A stretch of 62,320 nt of DNA, filler included, from Catajapyx aquilonaris (lineage: Eukaryota): the NCBI GenBank assembly GCA_000934665.2. It is 2 parts of 2 records of this genome, joined end to end, with 100 filler letters (N's around TTAATTAATTAA, not from the genome) between each part and the next. Parts side by side here need not be neighbours in the genome. Positions count along the whole stretch, not along the records: positions 31,195 to 62,320 come from JYFJ02004586.1; 1 more part is not named here. One strand, given 5' to 3'. A program made the position numbers and the translations under genes. This document shows, in pieces, positions 39,301 through 51,300 of the stretch (the stretch's first letter is position 1; each line of letters begins with the position of its first letter). Below the pieces are notes generated by a model, which was not told the DNA's origin, did no database searches, and saw only the letters and a list, made by a program, of their open reading frames with translations.

Positions 39301-42300
39301 GGTTTGTTTACTTGTACTAGGAAGTAAGGTGATGTTTCTTTCCTATTCAGTTTAACAGTGAAACTATTTGGGTTAGAGTTTTGATTTTGCGTTATATTGA
39401 CAATTTGATTACTGATTTTGTCCAACTCTACTGGACATGTTAATTTTGTGGTGTTGGCATTCCCTGTTACCCTCAATGGTTGTTATCAGGTAGGTCACAA
39501 GGGAAAGTCATATCATATATCGTCGCTGTTCTGACAAAACCTCGTAAGCGACAAAAAACAAATTTCACAGGAGACACAAAAAACCGTTTTCCGAAGGCAT
39601 GAGTCGTAATAAAATTGAGTCATTATTCCTAGCTTGCACTCCAAGATTGATGCATGGGTCCTACCACGTGCTCAGCTGTCATGGTGGAACTGTTTCTTAC
39701 GTGGTTTTGCCTTGGGTTTTGCGCACAGAAAGGCTTCTAACCTGATACGTGTTTTGGTCACGTGACCGCATGGAGCTTTTCCATGGGGCCAACTGTTCCG
39801 AGGTTTTCGCCGGACGTAAAGGGTGCCAGATTGTTCTCGAATATGCAATAAAACGTAATCAGCGCCTGGTGGTGCTTACGAGGTTTTGTCAGAACAGCGA
39901 CGATATGCAAATCAATACTGATGCCAACACCTGAAAGGTATACAGTATATACCTATCTGGAATATTAGACCATTTGTGTTGATTACTATTATCTACCGTG
40001 GTTTTCATTTCATGATGTGCCATTTACTATTATTTTGTATGTGAATTATGATGTCCTTAATAATATATGATATACAGTAATACAGGGTGTTTCCGAGCTA
40101 TCTTTACAAACTGCTGGGGTGTGTATGGGAGGCAGAGATGATCAGTTTTGACCAATGCATCCATGGTCGGAAACGCCATCTAGAGGGGGTTCATAGACAA
40201 GGAACGGGCGTACTCAGATGCCTCACGTGGGAGGCGCTAGGCGAGCGGACTGTTTTGGTGATAGATGGCACGCAGTTGTTGCCAGGTTATGGCATATCGC
40301 GTCGTTGTAAGTAAACAACGATGCGATATGCCATAACCTGGCAGCAACAGAACTGCTGTTTACTATCCGCACGTATCCTAGGAGGTGGACTTTGGTTTCT
40401 AGATGGCTCTATTGTTGCCAGGTAATGGCACATTGTGTCGTTGTTTACTATCCGAGCGCCATCTATCAACACAACAGTCTGCTCGCCTAGCGCCTCCCGC
40501 GTGACGTGTCTGAGCACACCCGTTCCTTGTGTATGAACAAAAATGAACATTATTTTATTCTCTCTGTCTCTTTATGACCCTCCATAAAAACTTGATTTTA
40601 TTGTGACTTGGACATGAAATCTAAATACCATACTCTCTGAGTACCCGGTCCAGTCTCACTGGTGATTACCCAATCATATGTTTTCTAATTCTTGTTTATC
40701 TTACTTATCAATCTGGTAAACTATCATTTACTTACATGTATAAGTTATAGTGTTATTGTATTTATTTTTTTAAATATGAAACTTATTGAATGTATAATCA
40801 ACAGGGGCAACCAATTTATAATGACATGTTGTAAAATATTAATTCTCAGCTTTTCCTCCAGACCCAGCATGTCATTTGGGACTGTTCTTCGTGAACGTCC
40901 AAATGAACAGAGGGACTTCATAGTGGCAACACCAGAGGAGTTTGTCAAGAGGTTTGGTGGGACTCGTGTGATCAACAAGGTGCTGATTGCCAACAATGGC
41001 ATTGCTGCTGTCAAGTGCATGCGGTCCATCCGCCGATGGGCATATGAGATGTTTCGCAATGAAAGGGCCATCCGTTTTGTCGCCATGGTTACCCAGGAGG
41101 ACCTCAAAGCTAATGCGGAGTACATCAAGATGGCAGACCACTACCTCCTGGTGCCCGGAGGAGCTAATAACAACAACTATGCTAATGTTGAGCTGATTGT
41201 TGACATTGCCAAAAGGAATCAAGTGCAGGTGGGTTCGCCTAAAACTTACGAGCGCAGTGGGTTCACATGATTGTCCTCCTACCTTTAAATGGGCACGTTT
41301 TATTTAACCCTGTACTGCACACATTTAGGATTGTGGGAAGAAAAAAATTCTAACGCCTTTTTCTCATCATATGCGACGTAAGGATGGTTCTTATTATGTT
41401 TTGGTCATCTCTGACCCAATGACTATGAAGTTACAGTAGGTGAGTCAAAAGTCATGGCGAGTATATTATTTTATTCGAAAATGGTCACACATACAGAGAT
41501 GACCTTTGCTAAGTTTTGAAGGTCCGGTGATTACAATTTCATCTGATAAATTGATGGCATCCATATCGCAAAGGGGACCGGAAAACTAAAGGCGATCATA
41601 ACCCCCACCCTTCCGTCTCATGCAGCTCGGGGTGGGGGGGTCACGATCCCCTTTCGTTTACCGGCTCCCCTTGAGATCTCGGGGCCATCTATATTCCAGT
41701 CCAAATTGTAATCGCCGGGCTTAAAAACGTAGTAATGGTCATATCTGTACATGTTTCCGTTTTTGAATAAAAATAGTACAATGACTTAGGACTCAAACCT
41801 CAAGCAATATTGTGCCTGCGCCGCCAAAAAATTGTGATGAAATTGTGCTGGCAAAATTAGCATGACCTCAAATGGCAACGAGAGAGCTACCCTTGCAGTG
41901 TTGCACATGCAATTGGATATTTAATATCTGCACCTATATCTAATCAGCTCCAGAAACAATATTGCTGCTTCAGCAAATTCAAATTGCGCGCCATTTTCAA
42001 TGACCTTGGCTTCTCTCCGCTTCATACCATATCCCGATCGTATCATTGTCGACATTGCATGTCATCTAGCGGAAGCTAACAAACTAACTGTGACATCAAG
42101 CCACACTGTGGTTTCCAGGACCAATGTTGAAGCTTATGGCGCCTGCCCAAATTAATTGTTGCCCTCAGGCAACAATGCCCGCTACAGGGTTAAGTGAGCT
42201 CTTGTGTAACTCAACAAATATAATTGACATTTTATTGATAAAAACAATATTTAATACATAATATGAACCTGGCAGAGAATTTGCAGTAGTAATATATACT

Positions 42301-45300
42301 TTTGCATTATTTTATGATGAGTAAGTTATTTAGGGCCTTCTCAGAATTTTAGTGATATCTTCAATATGTGCCCATTTTTCGGAGTGCTCTTAAATATCCT
42401 ACATTGAGTTTGGAATGAAATTTTTAATGAAGGTGTTTTAATCACAGGGAAGTTTAGTTTTTTAGTAACGGGAATTAAAAGTGTAATATTTTGTTTTGAA
42501 GTAGAATAAATCCATTTAATTAAGCAAGATGATGACGGTGATTGCTCAATGATGAAAACTGACACTTTATTTTTAGCTTTGGCAGTTGGAAGGCTATTAG
42601 TTAGGTTTTCAAAGGTGTTGTTACATTTTTGTATTCTGATAAACTCTTGGGCAGTGAGGTGTATGATATTCCATCTAGCAAGTGTACTGACAAGGGAATC
42701 ATGATGTTTTCTTAAAATGTGTTACTTAATGAATTGTTGAAATGCTCATGAGGTTGAAGTAAAATGAAGCTGTAACACCTGTATTGAACTGGGAGAAAGA
42801 AAGAAAAACTTAATTAAGTTGTAACGGACTAATGAGCACCACATGAGCATTCGTCTGGCTACTCTGCTCATTGCAAAGATTTGCCTCCGAGTACAACAGA
42901 GGTGACAAGCAAGGAACAGTATGGCCTCAAAATCTGTTTTCCTCTGGGAAAAACTGTCAGTTACCCAACACACTTCTGTCAATGGACAGTGCAGTGCTGG
43001 ACATTAATGATGTCGTACTGCTGGCGCCACGAGCCACTGGTGACAAAAGAGTGAATTGAACCAACTCATGGTTTTGATTCGCTCTTTTGCCACCAGTGGC
43101 TCGTGGCGCCACCAGTACGACACCATTAATGTCCAGCACTGTATAACCTGTCAGTGTTAAAGACTCTCAGGGAGCACATTGCCAAAAAAATGCCTGGAAT
43201 TCCATCCAGGTGGACAGAGACTCCATCACGACAACGCTAGGCCTCATGTTGGTAATGTTGTAACGAACTAAAAGAAATATCACCTCCTGTGTATTGCAAC
43301 AAACTTACACCCCTGACCTTGCTCCATGGGACCTTATTAAATCCCTCACTTTGAAATCCAAGCCTCGAGGACACAGATTTGAGGATTTTCCAGCTGTGCT
43401 GAAAAATTCTGAGGCAATCCTGAAGGAGGGTCCAAAAAATGACTTGTGCCATGTCTTTAACCCTCGGACGGTGACGTGGGCCCTTTTTTTGACCAACACC
43501 ACTATTTTCGCTATAACATTGAAAATATACCACATATGAGCTTCATCTTTTAGGACATCTTAGTTTCATTCTTTTTGTAATGAATGACATGTAGTTTAAA
43601 TTTTTAGAGTAAATAGCACTATCAGAAAAATAATTATTATGTACTGGTGTAGTTGTGGCCACTAAATGCCACTCATTGCAGGAGGAATAAACCCATGATT
43701 GTTTCAAAGATGAAGTCCTAATGAGCTATATTTCTCAAGTTATAACAAAAAATGTGACTTGGTCACAAAAAGTGCCCACGTCACCAGAGGAAGAACTTCT
43801 GCAAGTCACCGTCCTATGGTTAACAATATGACTTTTTTTTAAAAGTGGTGCACTGAATTGGATGGGGAGTACTTAATATTTTTTGTTGTTGTTGTTGTTT
43901 TGTTTTGTTTTTTTGTACCCCATTATCGGGCCCTGGGCCCTTGTTAGGGGAGTGGGATACCACCATGTTTGGAACCGTACATAATGTGTATGTTTTAATT
44001 GTTCCAAGGGTAAGTAGGAGGGGACGTGCAAAGTGCAAGTGCAATGTCGTATATTGGTCATTTTGTGAACTCCCCCGGGTGGATTAGTCTAGCAGAAATT
44101 TCCACCCGAGACGAAGCCAGAGATGGCCCAACTCTGCACGAGATGAAGGGGGGAACCCCGGGCTAGGATCGAACCCGGGACCTTAACATCCGTGGGCGCG
44201 TGCGTTACCGCAGCACCACTCCGCCTCCCCGGATGGGGAGTACTTTGAAAAAGACCATGCACCCATTTACCCAGACCAATAGCTAGTTCGGGGGAAAAAT
44301 CAGTTCCAGTCTTTTTTGATCTGCCCTTGTATTATCGCAATGTATAGCAGTAGCAACAGGAGCATACATAGTAATTTACTTCCTCTTGTTCTTGCAGGCA
44401 GTTTGGGCTGGTTGGGGACATGCCTCAGAAAATCCGAAGCTCCCAGAACTTCTCTCCAAAAATGGAATTGTATTTATGGGACCTCCTGAGAAGGCCATGT
44501 GGGCACTTGGTGACAAAATTGCTTCCAGCATTGTTGCTCAGACGGCACACATCCCAACCCTTCCATGGTCTGGTGCTGGACTTGTGGCTGGTGAGACTAG
44601 CAACAATGGTGGTGGAAATGGTAATGGGCAACAGCGGCCCAAGATTAAGATAAGCACAGACCTGTACAGGAAAGGATGTGTTCAGAATGTGGAGGAGGGT
44701 TTGCAGTCTGCTGCCAAGATTGGATATCCGGTGATGATCAAAGCCAGTGAGGGAGGTGGTGGTAAGGGGATCAGGAAGGCAGAAAGTGCTGAGGACTTTC
44801 CCAACCTTTTCAGACAGGTCAGTACTACGTTATTTCTCCTTTCTTGGAGAGAGGTTCAACTAAGTGGTTAGTTGGCAGAGGGACAGAGAGATTGCATTGT
44901 ATTCCCTGTTTCTTAAGTCCCCTATCCCGTTGCCATTTATGAATGAATGGTCTTATTCTTCCGCAGGTGCAAGCAGAAGTCCCAGGCTCCCCAGTGTTTA
45001 TAATGAAGTTGGCTACTTGTGCTCGTCATCTGGAGGTGCAACTCCTTGCAGATCAGTACGGCAATGCTATATCTTTGTTTGGCCGAGATTGTTCTATCCA
45101 GCGTCGCCACCAGAAGATCTTGGAAGAGGCCCCTTGTGTGATTGCCCATCCAGAAGTATTCGAAAGAATGGAAAAAGCGGCTGTGCGGCTTGCCAAGATG
45201 GTGGGCTATGTGTCTGCAGGCACTGTGGAGTATCTCTATGACAATGATGGAAACTTTTACTTCCTTGAGCTCAATCCAAGACTTCAGGTGGAGCATCCAT

Positions 45301-48300
45301 GCACAGAGATGGTGGCTGATATTAACCTGCCAGCTGCACAGCTACAGGTGATTGCCCCATATGTTGTGAAGTTTTGTGAGAGTGATTGGGAATTTTTTAA
45401 TTATCACTTTTTTTCGACTTTTAGGCACACAGAAAGTACAATTTTGGTAACTATAAATTCTAAGTAGTGGCTTTCAATTATTTTACAGATTGCAATGGGC
45501 CTCCCTCTCCACCGCATCAAGTGTATCAGACAGCTGTATGGAGAATCCCCCTGGGCCGACTCCTTGATTGACTTTGACCATCCACGGCACAAACCACAAC
45601 CGTGGGGTCATGTTATTGCTGCGCGAATTACCAGTGAGAACCCTGATGAGGGATTCAAACCTTCATCAGGCACAGTACAAGAGCTCAACTTCAGGTCTTC
45701 AAAGAATGTATGGGGATACTTCAGTGTAGCTGCCTCTGGAGGCCTGCATGAGTTTGCAGACTCACAATTTGGACACTGCTTCTCATGGGGAGAGGATAGG
45801 GAACAAGCCAGGGAGTGAGTATACTTTTGTAGTCAGATTTTCTATTTATGCACAGGGATATTATTTTACTTGATTTCTCAAATTAATTTCAACTTCCATG
45901 TACATTGTAGCAATCTGGTGATAGCATTGAAAGAGTTGTCCATCCGTGGGGACTTTAGAACAACTGTTGAGTACCTGATAACCCTGCTGGAGACTGCCAG
46001 CTTCCAGCAAAACACCATTGACACCAGCTGGTTAGATGCCCTCATAGCTGAGCGTGTCCAGGCAGACAAACCGGATATCCTCCTTGGAGTCATCTGTGGG
46101 TCACTGCATGTAGCTGATCAAGCTATACTGAATGCCTTCCAGAACTTTCAGACATCCCTGGAAAGGGGGCAGATTCAACCAGCCAACACACTTACCAACT
46201 CTTTGGATGTCCAACTCATCCAAGATGGGACCAAATACAAGGTCAAGGCCACTAAGTCAGGGCCTAGCAGCTATTTTCTTGCCATGAATGATTCCACCAA
46301 GGAGATTGAGGTGCATCGAATGTCTGATGGAGGTCAGTAATACAGTTTTCATTATCATATTAACCCTAATAAGACGGGCGGTTTTATCGCGTTTTTGCAA
46401 GAATCTGCAAAAAAATCGCTTGCGTTGTCATTTGAGGGACCACATGTGACTAATCTAGTGAGTAACATCGTGTAGTGTCTAGGCTTGATCCTGAGGCCAT
46501 TTATGGGACCCTCTTAGCATACCATGGGGAGATTGATATTCTTAAATGTCTCAACCAAAGTCTCAACAGATGCCGCAGGGGTGTGTTTTGCTCCTGGGTA
46601 TTTTTTTCTCCAATTTTTGTCACTCCTGGGCTGACAAGAAGTGTATGGATGTGTCGCGCTGGCGCTACTGAACAGACCAGTATGCATGAATAAGATTTGT
46701 TCATCTTATATGAGTTATATATGGAATAAATGAAAATTTAGGCTAACTGCATAGCAAGGGAAATTCCTCTAAAAGAATTCTCTTTCCCCTATTTTTTAAG
46801 GTCTTCTGCTCTCCGTGGATGGTGCAAGTTACACAACATATATGAAGGAGGAGGTCGATCGATACAGGGTGGTAATTGGCAACCAAACTTGTGTGTTTGA
46901 GAAAGAGAATGACCCTTCCCTCCTGCGTGCACCATCAGCGGGGAAGCTTCTTGGCTATGTTGTTGAGGATGGTGGGCATGTCTTTGCTGGACAGGCTTTT
47001 GCTGAGATTGAGGTCATGAAAATGGTCATGACCTTAACAGCCCCGGAATCAGGTTGTGTCCATTACAACAAGCGCCCTGGAGCAGTGCTGGATGCTGGGT
47101 CTCTGATTGCTCGGTTGGATTTGGATGATGCTTCCCGTGTTACAAGGGCGCAGCCTTATTTGGGAAAGTTTGCAGCTGCCACAGATGCATCCATGGCACC
47201 TCCAACTCTTGGGGAGAAGCTGAGCCATGTGTACCAATCAAGCAGGCAGGCACTTGAGAACATTCTTGCAGGGTATTGCCTCCCAGATGCATACTTCTTG
47301 TCTGGGCTGAAGGATGTGATTGAGCGATTCATGAAAGCCTTGCGAGACCCTACCCTTCCATTGTTGGAGCTTCAAGAGGTGATATCTTCAATATCTGGAC
47401 GAATTCCTGGTTCAGTAGAGAAGAAGATACGCAAGCTCATGATGCTCTATGCTAGCAACATCACATCTGTCCTAGCTCAGTTTCCCAGCCAACAGATTGC
47501 CAGTGTCATTGACAGGTCAGTATATTATTATGTTATAATAGCTTAGTATAAAAATGAAACCCCAAGTAATAATAATAGTATTTATGATATTGATGATAAT
47601 AAGGTGGATAATGCATTTACTAATCTTTTTTGGGTCTACCATATGAACCTGTACTTGTCATGGCAGGTGCAGTATTTTTGTTGTATTTTGAAGAAAGAGC
47701 CCGAAATAAGTGAGGCACTAGGGAATAATTTAGAGTAAAATTGCAAAGATGAGGTTGAAACTGTGGCTCAGTAAGACTGGTTTCAACCTGATCTAGTGAG
47801 ACAGTGTTTCTACAACCTCTGACGCAAGTGAAGCAAGTGAAGCAAGTGAAACAATTAGTTAAACTGATTAATTTTCTCTTTCAACCAGCCATGCAGCAAC
47901 ACTCCAAAAGCGATCAGAGAGGGATGTGTTCTTTATGACAACACAAGGCATTGTGCAGTTGGTGCAACGATACAGAAATGGGATAAGAGGACGAATGAAA
48001 TCTGCTGTTTATGACCTGCTTAGGCAGTACTTGCAGGTTGAGGTGCAATTTCAACATGGTAAATATGCAAGCTTACTACATTTGGGAATGTCAAACTAAT
48101 GGAACTGTTTGTTGACAGGACATTACGACAAGTGTGTGACCATAATGAGGGAGAAGTGCAAAGACAACATGAATGCTGTTGCTTCAAATATTTTTTCACA
48201 CTACCAGGTGGCAAAAAAGAATATGGTTGTGACAATGCTGATTGACCACTTGTGGTCAAATGAGCCTGGTCTGACAGATGAATTGTCAGCTGTCCTGAAT

Positions 48301-51300
48301 GAGCTGACCCAACTTAACCGCTCTGAGAATTCCCGTGTTGCACTTCGTGCACGCCAAGTTCTTATTGCAGCCCATCAACCTGCATATGAACTGCGCCACA
48401 ACCAGATGGAATCGATCTTCCTATCTGCAGTAGACATGTATGGGCATGATTTCCATCCTGAGAACCTGCAGAAACTCATAATGTCTGAGACATCAATTTT
48501 TGATGTCCTTCACGACTTCTTCTATCATGCTAATAAGGCTGTGCGCATGGCTGCTCTTGAGGTGTATGTGCGCAGATCATACACTTCATATGATCTCACT
48601 TGCCTCCTGCATCAGGAGTTGCCCAAGGACATTTGTGTGGTGCAGTACGAGTTTCTGCTTCCATCATCGCATCCTAATCGAATTCCTCACAATAAGGCAT
48701 CTGCAGAAGAACCAGCACTGGAGCTGGCTGGTACTGGGATGGAGACGTGCCAGCGAAAGGGTGTAATGGCTGCTTTTTCACGTTTTGATGAGTTTGAATT
48801 TCACTTTGATGATCTACTTGATTTGCTGAGTGAGTCACCACCCTCAACACCTATGGAGTCAGAGGCAGGCATGGACGATGGAAGCAAAGGTCCAGGAATG
48901 TCCATTAGCATCAGTAACAGCTTCAGTGAGGTTGCAATGCAGATTGCCAATGAGGAGGAGCCTAAGGTAAGAGGATGGTCAATGTGATGCTTCAGTGCCA
49001 AAGGATGTGGGTGGTCTTCATTATTGTAGGCTTGCTATACAAGTGTCTGCTTGATAAAAATGCTTGTTAGCAGAGAGTAATAATAAACAAATTACTTAAG
49101 GGGGCACTACAGTCATCGACCTTCAAAAAATCGGGTTCCCCCCCCCCCCCNAGCGTCTTTTCCTGTGTCAAACGCAGCAAGCCATGTCCGAAATTCAAAA
49201 AATTGGTGCGTCAGGAGCAGACACATTTTTTTGAATCCTATTATCGCTGTTACCCTACTTTTAACTTTAAACGCGTTTTTCTCAGTTTGCCGGATTTGGA
49301 CACTGCGGGAATCGCCCAGGCCACAAATATTTAGCTACAGACTTCCCACTTCACCAGATTTATCCTCAAACATGGCACTATCGTTCGGCCTAAAGGAATT
49401 AGCCTGCTCGAACTACTTCTATTTGTAACTTTAATAAATGTTTTCTCAAAACTGTTTAATTTTGTAGTTATCTTTCTGAAATCGTCAAAAAAGTACTAAA
49501 ACGATTTCAAAAATTATAATTCTAGGTCAAACGAAAACTATATGCTCAAAGAAGCCTGAGGTCCAATCTGACGGTTGTAGGTTGACCCCAGCGCCCTAAA
49601 TCGTGGTTGCAGTGGCGTGACGTCACGCGGCCCTGGAGGCCCTTCGACACACGAACGTGATTCGAATATAGGCGCTCATAGGTCTTTGACTGATGTACAT
49701 TCATGAAAATGAAGTCCCAACTTCTTGTCTCATGGGGGTTTTTTTTTTCGATTTTTCAGAAAACCATTGATTTTGACTGTAGTGCCCCCTTAACAGAATT
49801 AGCAATTTGGAATCAGCGATCAAAGTTTTATCAGTTAGTTAATTATTATCATCCGGTAGTGCTTGGCCTCCTTGTAAGGTATGTAGCACAGACCTTTATT
49901 ATACCATAGCATACATTTCGCAATTTTTTAAATGAAGCGCCTGTGTCCTTGGGCAGGGGCGAGTGGTAGGGACAGTGCAAGGTGCAAATGCATTGTCCAA
50001 TATAGTCATTTTGTGAGTTCCTCTGGGTGGTTATCTCAAGGAATCCCACCCACGATGGAAACACAGATGGCCCTACTCCACATGAGATGAAAGGGGGGCA
50101 GGCCCAGTCTTGGGATGGAACACTCAACCTTGTAACACCTTGCAGTTGTAACTCTCTTCCATAGGATGGCAGTGTGATTGGCTTTTGGTAGTCCAATTTG
50201 GAGACAGTGAGGCTTCTAATTTCAGAGCCATTCACATCTTGCATTACGTAATATTTTAAAGCATCTGACCACAGTTGCATGAAAAGCTAATGTATTAGTC
50301 CAGTGAAAATCATTTTGCTTCCCCTTTTTTTCACCTAACAAGCTAGTGATCTATGATGAAAAATTTGTAGGGCTCTGTCACTTCTAAAATGCTGTGTTTT
50401 TTAATGATTGACTTGAAGGATGGATGAGTGTAACATTTTTACGTAATTTTTTTGTCCCTCTCATGTAATTAATAAGTTGGTCATTTGCAGTACTCGTAAT
50501 ATTAGCTGTAGGAGTACTTCCACTCAAGTGATGGAAGCAAATATGTGCTGGGATAATGCAAGGTGTAGAATTTTTGTTCAGGAAATGTTACCGCTAGGGT
50601 TTGAAAATAATAAATACAAATAACAGTGACTAATTGGCTAGCCGATCTGACATATCTGGTTGAGCGCAGATGCCCTTCTTTGAATCACCGAAAGCAAGCC
50701 TTACTCTTTCTACATAAGGTACCAGAATCTGTGTTGGGGCCGTGGTTGGGGCTGTGTTGGTGTCATGTGTGGGCTTGTCTAGCTGCCATTCAGCACCACT
50801 TCTACAAAGGGTTCGAGTGTGTCATGAAGTTTGTGTTGCATCTTGACTGGGTCCAGAATTGTTCTTGGAAGTTGGGTGGAAGTAGGGCAGAAGTCCAAGA
50901 TGACTTACACTTCCAAATGCCCTTGGTAAGTTAGGGAATATACTGGGTGTTCCAAGTATTTGGGTCCTTTTAGTTATAGGAATTTTTGCTTGAAGCTATT
51001 ATTTTTTGTGTAGCTTGTTGCACCCCGATCCAGATGCCCTATTACTGAATGTAGCAATTGCTATATTTGACCACCTGGGAGTAATTGGGAACCTGGATCA
51101 GGGCACACCAAGCTACACAAAATTAACTTACTTTGGGCGATATTAGGAATAACTGAAAACAACCCTGATACTTGTGATACAGACAGGGAACACCCTGTAT
51201 AGTAGGTGTCAATTATTTGTCTTACAGATTATGTTACAAAATTACTTAGAAACCAAAAGAATACATATGCGCTTTTCAGTGAGTCAGTTATAGTTATCTT

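Noticed and set aside
44140..44230. tRNA-like sequence with A and B boxes
   Set aside because: It is the head of a multi-copy SINE with tail and TSD, not a tRNA gene; the same applies to the heads at 27525, 34560-34638 and 56890-56974
40745..46093. Several - strand ORFs overlapping ACC exons
   Set aside because: Antisense shadows of conserved coding exons
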